A DNA stretch of 61,583 nucleotides, the filler included, from Gonapodya sp. JEL0774 (Eukaryota): NCBI GenBank assembly GCA_027604505.1. It is 11 parts of 11 records of this genome, joined end to end, with 100 filler letters (N's around TTAATTAATTAA, not from the genome) between each part and the next. Parts side by side here need not be neighbours in the genome. Positions count along the whole stretch, not along the records: positions 33,712 to 39,215 come from JADIIX010000712.1; positions 39,316 to 44,814 come from JADIIX010000713.1; positions 44,915 to 50,410 come from JADIIX010000714.1; 8 more parts are not named here. One strand, written 5' to 3'. The notes beneath the pieces were generated by a model, which saw only the letters and a program-made list of their open reading frames with translations, had not been told where the DNA came from and made no database searches. The position numbers were made by a program, and so were the translations under genes. Of this stretch, positions 35,483 through 47,534 are shown piece after piece (within the stretch, counting starts at the first letter, position 1; every line of letters starts with the position of its first letter).

Positions 35483-37400
35483 CTAGCCAAGCTCCTCTGG
35501 CTTCCCACGCTCCAGGAAGCGGAGGATTGCCCCAAAACTGGGACGTCTGGTAGGGTCCTCCTCCACACACTTCTTTATGAGGAGCTGGATATCAGCTGGG
35601 ATTGCAGGTGGCATGGGGTCAACGACTGGTATCCATGGGTCGTAGTTCTCAGAGAGTTTAAGCTTCCACATCTGTTTTGTTTGAGAGCATGGAAATTGTA
35701 AGAAAATGCTCAATGGACAGTGCATGCGTTCAAGCTTTCCTCACCACATATACAGTCTTGCCAAATGCATAAACATCACCTTCTTTTGTCGAGCTCCCTC
35801 CTGCAAGTCGCTCTGGTGGGAAGTAGCCTGCTGTGCCTGGCCGTCTGCTCGTTCCTTCGTGGGGGCCTTCGTCATCGAATTTGGCGAATCCAAAGTCGCA
35901 AATGCATGCACCACCATTGATATCAATCAGCACGTTCTTGGGGACAGGGGAAAATGCGTGAGGTTTTTGGACTTATAGCACAATAATTCATATCGGAACT
36001 CCCCTACCTGTGGCTTCACATCTGTGTGAATTATACCTGGTTGTAAATTGTGCAAGTAGTGCAAGCCTTCCGCAATGTCTAGTATCTGAGAGAGAAAGAG
36101 AGGATCATGGTGGTCAGTCAGCTTCAAATTCAATCCAAAATATCAAACATACAACACGTCGCAAATCACCCTCCTCAAGGACATCTTTATGTTTGAGAAT
36201 AAACTGTTTCAAGTTATCATTTACCATGTACTCGGACACCAAGACTGGCTCTTTTGAGTCCCAACAAGCGCCGATAAGTCTCAGCACGTTTTTGTGTTGG
36301 AGTCTCCACCAAGTATTGACTTCGTTAAAGAAGTTCTGTCAGATTAGAGTATTGTAACGTGATGGCGAATCGGATTTACAAGAATAAAACGTCCACCACG
36401 CAAGAATACAAAACGCGACTCACATAGACTGAACTGGCATTCCCAGCATTCAGGCATTTTTCCGCGACTGCGATCGCAGGATTGCTTTCGTTCGGCTGGT
36501 ATGTTGAATAGAACACCTCTCCAAATCCTCCCTTGCCGATGGGGTGTTGACGGACAAGGTGTGCACGATTCAATGCCCACGCGTTGGCATCGACACCTCT
36601 TTCCAAGAAATGGAGAAACTCTGGTCGCTTCTGTACATGGAGTCCCCAGGCATCAATGCCGTCCCGCAGCCAGGTCGCGCGGTCAAGCTCTTTTGGCCCA
36701 ACTTGAGCACCATAGATGAGTAACAGTTGAACAATTTCCAGTGACGGCTCTAGTTTCCAGTAATCAAATACGTCTTGCCAGCTGTCCGGATCCTTGTGGA
36801 CAACATGACTTCCAACCTTGTTGAATGGCCACTGCCAAGCGTGTGGTTGACTCTCAAGCACCGACGAGGCGAGTGAAAACTCCAGGTACGAAGCAAACTG
36901 CCGGTACGAATAGTCCTCGCCTAAGCCATCCCACCGTCTTGCCGCCGATTGTTCCCATTCGGCTCGTGTCCATTGCTGGACATGCGGAATGATAATTGCA
37001 AAGTGCTCAGCCTCCATGGCTTGGGTGGGATCCCAGCCTGCGATATACATAATTCATTCAATCGAAGCATGTCGAATTAGTTGCTTTCTCAAAACAAGAG
37101 AAGTCTGGCCAACATCGGCGACAATCGATGGTTGGTTGCCTCACCTCTCTCAAGCAGCCGCCGCACAATCATGGCGTTCCCACCTCGGATGGCGAGCGCC
37201 AACACAGGCTCCGCATCTCTTGTGTCCTTGACGACTTGAGTCACCCCATTCTCGTCGGGAGTTAGTGTCACCATATATGTGACTTGTTTTCTGGCAGTCC
37301 GGGGGTCTGCCCCATCCCGCAACGCACGCTGGACGCCAAAAAGATTACCTGTCTCGACAGCTTCGATGAGGCGGCCATTGACGTTGCCAAGGTCCGACAT
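35483..37400 (-). CDS. TKL-group protein kinase with N-terminal ankyrin-like region
   Basis: N-terminal LIEAVETGNLFGVQRALRDGADP; kinase motifs IGKGGFGEVF, FFNEVNTWWRLQHKNVLRLIGAC, GLHYLH..IIHTDVKPQ|NVLI, CDFGFAK, GTAGYFPPE, DVYAFG, DPTRRPSF. Confidence 0.9.
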
Positions 37401-37646
37401 TGTTTGGGTTGTGTGTCCGTGGACAGGCAAGACCCGATCACGTATGACAAACACATATCTGATGCAAATCCCCACGCCCCACGAGGTCTCATATCGTAGT
37501 ACAGTCCATCATATGCACATATGCACAGCGTACTGTTCATCTACCGATTCATCTCCCAGTGCCCATCAAACCAGCACCCCCACGACTCCACGAGTCACGA
37601 CTTGACAACATCAAACGTGGCAGATCTCCTAGCGAGACCTCAAGCA

Positions 37647-38635
37647 ATGAATATCGATAGTGTACCTGTGGAAGTTCTGGCCTCTATCGCGGAGTATGTT
37701 TCTTCTTGTTTCAACTCACAATTGGCATCCACTTGCCAGTTTCGTTGTCAAGACTCCAGTCCTTGTCGTTCGTATGTCGCAGCTGAACCAGAACATGCAC
37801 TTTCTCGTCGTTGGCCTCCCCCTGTGGAGCGACATGGGAGTGGTGAGGGACCGGTTCTGAGAGCATCGTGCGTGATTTGGACTTGACACAGTCATTCCCC
37901 TCAGAAAATGAAGCTACCACCTCCTAATCCGAGGGCAACCAAGTATCGGACATGGCTTTCAGTGGTAGGAAGAGAAGGGTGATGAGTCACGGCTGATTTG
38001 CTCCCTTGTCCTCCGTCCCGATTCAAACGTAGTGCGACTTTTCCCTTGTCCGCCCATCCCTAGTGCACGCCTCTGCCACTGGTGCTCAAAACGACGGCTG
38101 CGACAAGCAGAGTTTCTTCAATTTCCTCACGATGGTTTGTGAGGGCAACTCTACGGCGAGTGCGGGCAGTCAAATGGAGGCTGAGAAGCAAGAAACGGCG
38201 AAGGAGGAAGGACAGAACTCGCTTTGTATACTGATGGACAAGACGAGCGCTAAACGGATGCTCCACTTGACGGATTCCGACATTGCGACGCTGGTGAGCC
38301 TCGCAGGGACCAGCCAATTATCGGACGCTTCATTTCCCAGGGCTGTGACATATCAGAGGTACAGGCTATTTGTGAACCGTTATGGTGCCTACCGCTTCAG
38401 TCACGAGGTGCGTTGACAGTACCTGCAGCCTGCATGCGCAGGAGCGTGGCGTTTGTTGTATCTTAATTACCGCACCGTGTGCGGTCTGCTTTCTTTCTTC
38501 GCAATTTATCTGTAGCGAATGTTTAAGGTTACGGATCTCCGCGAACTTGCTCGTCAGTGCTGGGGTGGTGATGATCGCCAGGCCCGCTGTCTTCAGAACG
38601 ACCGGGTGACGAATTTTGACAAGGAGAGTAGATGA
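37647..38635 (+). pseudogene. F-box-like protein with XPA-C-terminal-like segment, probably degenerate
   Basis: MNIDSVPVEVLASIAEYV (F-box-like); LMDKTSAKRMLHLTDSDI...|RMFKVTDLRELARQCWGG recalls XPA ITKTEAK..YLL.D.DL...WG. Exon structure is unresolved. Confidence 0.3.
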
Positions 38636-40092
38636 GATGATGATTATCGACACATCAGAGTATTCTTCCATCTTTGTACTTTTTTCTGTGCAAGGACTGC
38701 TTGCTGTTGGAACCACCGGAACTCTCTTCATACTACACTTGGACAGCTGACTTGCCGGAGGGACGAAGGACCGGGACCCACGGGCAAAACATGAACGGGA
38801 AACCATACCCGTCTCAAAGCAGCTTATAGATTGCTAGCGACAGGCTCTCCTTGTTCTAGTATACCTGTCTTCAATCTGTGGTGTGGTTGTCAATTTTGTA
38901 GCTAGGTGCTCCGTCCACAGCACCGGCTCCTCACCCCACACCACAGCCTCCGCTCGAAAAATCACACCGTACTTGCGCCTTCGGGTTTGGCGGTGATCGG
39001 CCAGCGTTTTCAGATACTGTGGTCTAAGTGACATCCTCACAGGAAAGGAATCGCTGGAATGGGCGAACCGGCGACGAGGATGGCAGGTTCTGCATCTCAT
39101 GAAAGTGGACGTGATGACGCCTGAATACAAGCGTAGTTGATGATCCATCTTTCCTAGGTGTGCAAATCAACGTAGTTGGTCTATTGTACTTGATTCTGCG
39201 CTAGGAAACAAGAGANNNNNNNNNNNNNNNNNNNNNNNNNNNNNNNNNNNNNNNNNNNNTTAATTAATTAANNNNNNNNNNNNNNNNNNNNNNNNNNNNN
39301 NNNNNNNNNNNNNNNAGAGGAACAAGGAGACCAGGAGGCGGTGGACGGTGTGTTTCAAGTGCTGGATTCGGAGTCTGTCCGGAGACGGCCGAAGGCAGAT
39401 TCATCAGCGTGGACCGAAAAACCATCGATAAAAGAGAGATTTTCATGTTACTTTACCCGGCAGCGACAGCGTAGAAGCCCAGTACCGCGAGGTCCCCCAG
39501 AATAGAGAAAGTTATTGGGGCGATGTACAGCAGAGCGCGAGATCGACGATCCAGCATTGCGGCGATTGTCTGGCGCTATTTTGTTCTCGCGAAGACGCTC
39601 TCTGGACCTGCTTATCGTTTTCCCGGAAGAGGTTCAAATCCGTGGACGGGTACGTCCCGCAAGGCAGGCAGGCAGCTGTGCTCGTTGTAAGTGGCTGCCG
39701 TTCTTTTGACTTTTCCTGGTCATATTATAATTTCCTCCTATATCTATGTTACCACCATCTTGTCCTGACTGTATAATCCACGCAAAAGTCTCCATTCCAA
39801 TGCTAGACTCAACTTACTTCCTCGCATTGGAATTTCAAATTGCAACTTGCAAGATTTCGGATCAAGCTGGAAAGGGTACAGCGTGCGTGACTCGGACCAG
39901 AAAACCATTTCTGAGGCGTTACACGTATTTATTTGACTGTCCGCAATGGACGATTATTATGTCATGGTGCTGCCGCTTATAGTTTACCCGGAGGATCATC
40001 CACAAGCTTTGCTGATCCCGGCCATTAACCGACGACGAAAATTGAACTTTGGGAGCGTCTGACTGGGATCATTGTGATAAGAGCGTGCTCGG

Positions 40093-41502
40093 ATGTCAGA
40101 CACGGCGGACAACATTCCCCAGTTTCTGCGTGACGCAGCTTCGAAGTGGCTACCGCGCGCAGCCTTTGGAGTTTCTGCAGCATATTTCTTGTTTTCACCG
40201 TGGCTCGTATGGACGATTGGGAGGATAGTCAACGGAAAGGGAATCGCGGCACGGATCGGACTCTTTTGCCTTGGTGAGTAATTTTAGTTCCAGATACCTT
40301 CGACTTGCTCGTCATCAACGCCAACTCGCTGCCTCTCACGGCATAGTCCGTTCTGCAACTTTTGTAATTCGCGGCTTGCTTCCATCTCTCCTGACGGCGA
40401 ACATGCTCATAGCGTTTTGGACACTCATCGTAGTTGGAAACACTCTCCTTGCACTCACTGTGAGCGCCACCGGACTCGCGTTTGTTGAGCGTGCGATCGC
40501 AGCTGGAGTGGGGCTAGTCACTTTGAGGGAAGACGTCCCGGATTGGATCCGAGGGATAAAGATAGTTCGCGGAGGTGCGCTTCGCTATGTTCCAATGAAA
40601 TGCCCCTCACTTGCATTGACCTATGAAATCTCGTCAGTTCTTGATTTTGCTCTTGTGTTCAGCATGATTTGGGGTATCGTAGTCACCTATTTTATCGTCA
40701 CTCGTGGTGCCACTATCGTTGGGTACGGAGTGATCGTCTGGGTTTCGTATGGGATCCTTGCCGTGCCTGTAGTTCTGGGCTTTGGCCGTATTGGAGGATT
40801 TGGGTCCCCTGAGCGAATGTTGGGATGGTCAAAGGAACAGTCGATGTCGAATGAGCTCGAATCTCGCGGCGACACTAGCAGAGTACTACCTTGGAGACAG
40901 CTGTCTGACGGACCCACCAACTCTCGTCCTGCAGACCGATCACACGGTGCCGATGATAGGTCCTCCAGCGCATTTTCGGGAACCACTATGCAGGATTCTC
41001 GCTACACCGATGCCTCCAATCGTGCCCGTCAAGAAGCTTTCCTGTTCTTGGATGTTGCGAAGCTCTTGCGAAAGGTGCGTGCGTAGTGGATAGTTGTGTT
41101 TGTGTGCCCACGGTGCTCAATACTTTGGTGTCCAATTGTTCTCATTGTTTGACAGGTGCTCTTTCGGACGTATCTCCCAATTTTCGTTTTCACGTTGCTG
41201 CGATTTTTCTACAGTCCTTACATAATCACGGAAGGAAAGGCTGCAGAATCTGCTTATTCTGAGCCTGTATGGTACGCACTGATAGTGGGTGGAGGTGAGA
41301 GGGTCGCGTCACGGCTTTCCCGCCGTTATCTTTGCGGTTGACCGTCCTTATTTGTCCATTTTCTTCCCTGTTTCGGCTTCTCTGCTCGGTCCTGATCGCA
41401 GAATTCATAGCGTTAACTCTCATGAGCTGGCCTCGCGACAGTTTTGCGTTCATGGAACTTCCTAGACTTGCTGAAGACTCTGCGCCGGCAGTTTATGGAT
41501 AG
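40093..41502 (+). CDS. Seven-transmembrane-like protein, tandem paralog 1
   Basis: About 7 hydrophobic segments with a long loop between TM5 and TM6; motifs RIGGFGSPERMLGWSKE, WRQL, RQEAFLFLDVAK and SWPRD are shared with the next gene. Confidence 0.7.
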
Positions 41503-42094
41503 TGGTGACGCTCTCTTCAAACGAAATTTCAATTACGTGATGCGATTGAGAGCTTTCGGGCTTCTTGGAGTCGTTTCGAAGTTACTCTGTGATTATTGAT
41601 ATCAAAGATATCTGCAACCGCAAACATCGGACGAGGAGGTGATATATTTCAGTTCCTTCTTCCGAACATATTTTTGAAAGGTAGCCGATAATAATAATTC
41701 TATGAATAAATTCCTCTAATTGTATGTAATAGTATGCATGTTGTCCATCAGAGCATATTGACACACGGTGGGTGTAATTTTGCCGCACCTTCAATCATAC
41801 AAGTTACAGCAAGATAGAATAGAGGGAGAATCTTTGCAAACTGTCTGCCAGGCGGAGAACAGGAATGGGTGCCCTGGAACCCGATTTGGTATAATTACAA
41901 AGCAACCGGCACCACTTCAGCTTCACCTTCCGCACGCGGAATCACGGCAGCCACTGGCACGTGGTTTCAAAGTGAACGCACGCCAGTTTTATTACATCTT
42001 CAAACGTCCGCCTCTCCCCCGCCACCGCGCTGGATCGACAGTGGTGAACTGTCAACATCCGCCCTACCTCCTTCAATCGAATCGGGAATCAATC

Positions 42095-43536
42095 ATGTCC
42101 TCGTCCGACAGTTCTTATTTGGCTCTCCGGCAAGCCGCTCTTAATTGGTCAGTCCCAGCCGCACTGACGATTGCTATCTTCTACCTTTTGTTTCTGTCGT
42201 GGCTCGTTTTCACGATTGCAAGGATCGGAAACGGAACAGGCATCGCAGTGAGGATCGGTGCTTTCTGCTTTGGTAGGTCTTTGGCGATACTCCGCATTAT
42301 GATGCACTCTGGTATCAAGACTTTTGGAACAGAATTGTCACGACTGGCATATTCCGTTTGCATTACATAATAGCCCGCTCGGCAGCATTCGGGGTTCGCT
42401 GCTTCGTCCCATATTTCATAAGCCCGAGTCTGTTAATTGCATTTTGGACGCTAATGGTCGTTGGGAACTCGCTACTTGTGTTCGCAATGACCGCCATCAC
42501 TACAGCGTGGCTGGAACGCACGATTGCAGCTGGAGTGGGCATCATTCTTTCGGGCGATGAGGCACGACAGTGGAGGTCAAGAGTTCGGTGGTATCGCGCA
42601 AGTATGTTCCCCAGCTGTGTTCATGAAACCCGTTGACATATCAAACTCACTTTGCCTATCTAAACGTGCTTTTATCAGTCGTTGATCTGCTCAGTTTAGG
42701 AAGTCTTGGCCTAGCGATCTTCGCAGTGATTCTCTTCTTCACCCGAGGACGATTGCTAGTTGGATACGCCATACCCTTTTTCGTGACACTGGGCCTGCTT
42801 TTGATCCAGATAGTCTATGGCTTCACTCGAGTTGGAGGGTTTGGAGCTCCTGAACGAATGTTGGGATGGTCCAAAGAGTTGTCGCAAGAATTTGAGATGA
42901 GGCGCGGCTTAACCGAGGGAACTGCTTGGCGACAGTTACAGGTGATTGAAACAAACCAGCAGCGCACTGAAATGGGACGCGGAGCTCATGGTAGTGAGAG
43001 CAGTCGTTCCTCGAGTAGATTTTCAGGCTCGACTGCTGTGGATAGCTTTCAGAGAGGTCATGACGGTACTCCTCAGCCCAGGCAAGAGGCGTTTTTGTTC
43101 CTGGATGTTGCAAAGCGTCTGCGGAAGGTGAGGGAACTCCATGTCGGAGCAAAGTGAACCCTACGGCCCACATCCAACTTGTTCTTCTGCTAATTTATGC
43201 ACTGTACAGATCCTCTTCAGAATGTTTCTGCCAGCTGGTACCCTCATTGGGATCCGCCTTGTTTACAGTCCTGATGCTATCACGGCTGGGAAAATTGACG
43301 ACCCCCTGTTTGTAGAAACGCCATGGTACATTCTGGTCGCCGGGTTCGGTAAGTCATACTATTGTCCAGACTTCTGGCAAACTTGAATAACACAGCGTCT
43401 TCCTTTCATCATTGCTTTCTGTATGCATCCGCATGTCTCACCTCCAGAGTGTGCTGCTTTGGCGATATTCAGTTGGCCCAGGGATGCGTTCGCTTTTTTG
43501 GAACTACCAGGTTTGCCACGGACTCCTCGGAATTAG
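42095..43536 (+). CDS. Seven-transmembrane-like protein, tandem paralog 2
   Basis: RIGNGTGIAVRIGAFCF, RVGGFGAPERMLGWSKE, RQEAFLFLDVAKRLRK, SWPRDAFAFLELP; intron positions match paralog 1. Confidence 0.7.
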
Positions 43537-43965
43537 TACAGTCTTGGAAAGCAACGGACTCTCCGTGATTCCATTCTAACCTCAATGTGCGTGGAGATGC
43601 ATGCATCATCAATCGTAGAAGATAATAGCCACGGCATACACAGATTGTCAATAATCTCATTGTACAAATATACAACTAGAGCTACTCAGACGATTGGGAT
43701 TTGAGGTCGTTTTTGCTTCGACCTCTATAAATGTTCTTGGGATGACTCCTCCACATGGTACCCCATATTCGTAAAATTCATATTCCGGTGAATGCTCTCT
43801 GGGATTCTTAGATTCATTACACTATATTACATTGTCTTCATTATAAATAATTGCCAGACTAGAGGTCCCTACGTGATTTGTGATTGCGTGACGTCAACGA
43901 CAGAGAAGAACTCTCAAGTGTTTCTGTGTGCAAGCCATGGACAGATGGAGAACGTGTAGTTTCGA

Positions 43966-44814
43966 TCATTTGGAGACCCAAATCAAGAATGGCTTTGCAA
44001 GCTTGGCAACGGAAAATGACCACTGGGATGAAATGACAGTGGTAGTTTGGTCATGGGAGGCCACGTTCCCAGAGCTTTCTAGAGTTGAGTCAGATGGATG
44101 AAGAGACATTCGCTTGTAGGGCAACGCTGCCGCGGTGACGGGGGAGTCCTGCTGGGGTGACGCAATCTCCTCCTCTTTTGCGATAATCTCCAAAAGCGAA
44201 CGAGCAACCTTGCGAGCCGTTGGATCCGTTGCAAAGAAGAAAAGAGCGTTCAAGAATCCGCTGAGCATAAGCGCAATCTCTGCGGACCACCCAATGAGTA
44301 AGAACATGAACGAGAACAATTTTGATGAAGCTTGAGGTACATAATTACTCACCTCCACCTATTTGAGCGCTCGGAGCAATTTCGTAGAGCTCCCCCGTGA
44401 TTACTGCAAGGCCGCCAGTGAGAAACATGACGGTGGGGTACTAGGATAGTCTTTATGAGATATGCTTGATTTCTCCAAAGTGGAGGTCGACGTTGGAGAT
44501 TTCATTACATACCAAGATCAGCCGCCTTGAAAGGAGATTTGCGTCATCACGAATGTTGGAAGTGACTGCCATCACTCCAGAGTCTGACACGCGAAAAGTC
44601 TCTGGGGTATCTTTTGATCCTCGAGTCGTTTGTAAGCAAAGAGTTATACTGACGAGGACTGCAGACAAAAGGAAGGCGACACCCAATCCAATAAGCATGG
44701 ATAGGGTAAGCGGACTAGTTGTAGAGACAGGGAAGCAAGACTGGGGATCCGTGCTTGTACCATGCCTGAGAAGAATCCCAGACGGTTAGGTGACTAAACA
44801 ATTCAGCAGTCGAA
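43966..44814 (-). CDS. G protein-coupled receptor-like protein (cAMP-receptor-like/Git3 type), 5' truncated
   Basis: TM5 MLIGLGVAFLLSAVLVSITL, TM6 SRRLIL|YPTVMFLT, TM7 LSGFLNALFFFATDP, Ser-rich C-tail. Confidence 0.65.
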
Positions 44815-46016
44815 NNNNNNNNNNNNNNNNNNNNNNNNNNNNNNNNNNNNNNNNNNNNTTAATTAATTAANNNNNNNNNNNNNNNNNNNNNNNNNNNNNN
44901 NNNNNNNNNNNNNNTCGTGGTCCTCGGAAAACTCAAAACGGGAGACTCACGTTGAGCCACTGCTCGATTGTTCGCTGCTGGGTTTGCACCTGTGGGAATG
45001 AAGGCACAGGGGTATGAGTGGGACAGACAAACATCGATGCGAGATCAGGCTCTTGATATGTGAAATGCGGGACTGCTTTCAGTGGGCGAAGTGGGGCAGT
45101 TACATCCACTGCAAAACACCTACGCCCTCCCTCCCTCCCGGAGGAGGCACATATTAGATTTTATGGAAGTCAGCGATTGAAATTCTCGGGGAGCTTTGTT
45201 TTCATTCTGTTGGCCATCCCCATCCTCGCCTCCATCTTCCCCCACCACTGTCGGACGTCGGGGCGGGACCTCGTCATCACGCTGCTGTTGAATCATTCAA
45301 TGCATTTCCTTGCTTCGGGCAAGCGATAGTGAATGTAAAACTCTTGCGAAGCGGTGTTTTTGGGTGTCCACGTCCGTCCCCGCGGAATCCGATGACCCAA
45401 CCAATCTCATCAAATTTCCGTTTCTTCCCTGAAATCGACCCCGGTAACATCAAGAACTGACCAGTCTGGAGCCTGACACCAAGGATGAATATATGATGAT
45501 TTCTGGTTGCGATGGCTCTGTCATGGTTGAAGATTGGCGAGCTGGTGACGCGGGACAATCACACATGATCACCTGTGTCCACTGTGTGACCAAAGCTGCA
45601 AGACATCCCAATCGCACACAAGCAGGGAACCAGCACTGACTGACTGTGGGATGCTCCTGTCACTAGCAATCTACAAGCAACTTTTAGACGGGTATGCTGT
45701 CCCGTTAGCTGAGCGCCGGTAGGCACCGGTCCTCCGCGCGTCCTGCAACTGATGCCGAGACATTTGAGATGAAAAGTTCCGGGGTATTCAGTGCAAGCGG
45801 ACCGAGAGGGAGTGGGGCACCTCTCTCGGCGCTCCAGAGTGAGAAGTTTGATGTAACTGGCAATACATAGACTTATAAACCGGCTGCACACAAGAAGAGC
45901 GCTACATATGAAACCGCACTAGCTCTATTGAAAAAACTGGAACTACCATTCTGAATACTTCAGCGAAAAAAAAGTGGAGTTATCTGGCCTTCTAGCTAAT
46001 AATCCAACCGACATAA

Positions 46017-47534
46017 TCAATGCTTCGACCCCATCACCCACCCGATCACCTTCCCCGCCACGTGCTTGATCAAAAACCACCCAGATTCATACTCCTTCAT
46101 TTGCTTTGCGAGCCCCGCGGGCGTATCCTCGCTCAGAAAGTACATCGCCAAATTTCTCTTGCTCTTCCTGGCTAGGGGCTCCACCCGTTCAAACATGGCA
46201 CGTTCATACTCTGTTACTGCGAGCTCCAGGCTGTGAGTGTAACGGGGTGACGAGAGGGCCTCAGCGAGGCTTGCAGAATCCGCAAGCGCCTGGTTAACGC
46301 CTTCGCCCGCAAACGGGGACATGACGTGTGCCGCATCCCCCACGAGCGTGATCATGGCAGTGCGAGGTGGAGAACCATGTGTGAGGGGCGGGCGAGACCA
46401 CGAGTGACCGACTGGGAGCTGGAAGATCTTTCGAGGGGTGACGGGGTTGGTGTTGGCGGTGATCACCGAGTGGAAGACGGGACTCCAGTCCGGGTAGAGC
46501 GACGCAATGTGCTCATTCACAGCCTTGATGTTGTCGGTTGTCGTCAATGGGGTGTGTTGCGGGTCGTCCAGGAAGTCCTCAGGGACTGCTTGTGCGGCAT
46601 AGATCCTCACCCGGCCTCCAGAGTTGCGCTGCATGAAGATTCCCCGATTCTGCTCAAGGGCCATGACCATGCCGCTACCTACAAGTGATCCAACGGTTGG
46701 GAAGTCAGGGGAGTTGGGAAGTGGAATAGCGTCTGCGTCGTCGAGGGTGAGGTCATAGAAGGAGATGCCCGAGTATTCCGCCTTGATAGGTGTGAGAAGG
46801 GAGCGAGTTCGGGACCAAGCACCGTCGGCGCCAACAATGAGGTCGGCATGGAAAAGGATGTCGGGATTGTCGATGTTAGTTGTTGACACGGCGAGTGGAC
46901 CGTCTCGAGCTGGGGCGATATCGCCTTGATTCAAGTTGACCCTTTTGACTGAAACAGCGTAGGGCCCGCCATCCGGATCCTCCTTGATTTCTGCCACCTC
47001 AGTACCCCACTGGATAGTTGCTGGAACAAGAGAGTCGATGAGTAAGTCGCGGAGTTGTGAGCGGTCAATTTCAGGTCGGAGGAACATGGTGCCGAAGATG
47101 GGGCTCGGACCGTTTGGGCCGATCTCGGAGTGGAGAATTGTGAGGTGCTTGTCTGTGATTTTGAGGTCTGGGTCATTTGAGAGGGGAGCAGTGGGAAGTA
47201 GGGATGAGACGGTCAATTCCGTGTTTGGGGTGCAGTTCGATATGTAGTACAGGACCAGATAAGCCTCACCTTCACCTTCGGGCCGAGCAAGCTTCATGAA
47301 TTCCGCATGCAGCCCCGCCATTCTGAGCGCCCACTGGCCCGAATCATCCCGCAGGTCCAGCGATCCACCCTGCGGTCTGTAGTTGCGATGTGGGTCCCGT
47401 TCGATGACGACTACGTTTGTGGCGCCCCTGAGTTGCAAGATACGTGCGAGTACGAGGCCAGCGGGACCGGCACCGATGATGAGGATGCGTAGGGAGAGGT
47501 GGGGAGATGCAGGAGGTGGAGAGTTTGAGAACAT
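46017..47534 (-). CDS. FAD-dependent monooxygenase, TetX-like (class A flavoprotein)
   Basis: IIGAGPAGLVLARIL, QGGSLDL, RPEIDRSQLRDLL, DLIVGADGAWSRTR, TLVGDAAHVMSPFAGEGVNQALAD, YERAMFER; one 102-nt intron at 47168-47269. Confidence 0.92.
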   Translation of the reverse strand: MFSNSPPPASPHLSLRILIIGAGPAGLVLARILQLRGATNVVVIERDPHRNYRPQGGSLDLRDDSGQWALRMAGLHAEFMKLARPEGEGEAYLVLYYISNCTPNTELTVSSLLPTAPLSNDPDLKITDKHLTILHSEIGPNGPSPIFGTMFLRPEIDRSQLRDLLIDSLVPATIQWGTEVAEIKEDPDGGPYAVSVKRVNLNQGDIAPARDGPLAVSTTNIDNPDILFHADLIVGADGAWSRTRSLLTPIKAEYSGISFYDLTLDDADAIPLPNSPDFPTVGSLVGSGMVMALEQNRGIFMQRNSGGRVRIYAAQAVPEDFLDDPQHTPLTTTDNIKAVNEHIASLYPDWSPVFHSVITANTNPVTPRKIFQLPVGHSWSRPPLTHGSPPRTAMITLVGDAAHVMSPFAGEGVNQALADSASLAEALSSPRYTHSLELAVTEYERAMFERVEPLARKSKRNLAMYFLSEDTPAGLAKQMKEYESGWFLIKHVAGKVIGWVMGSKH

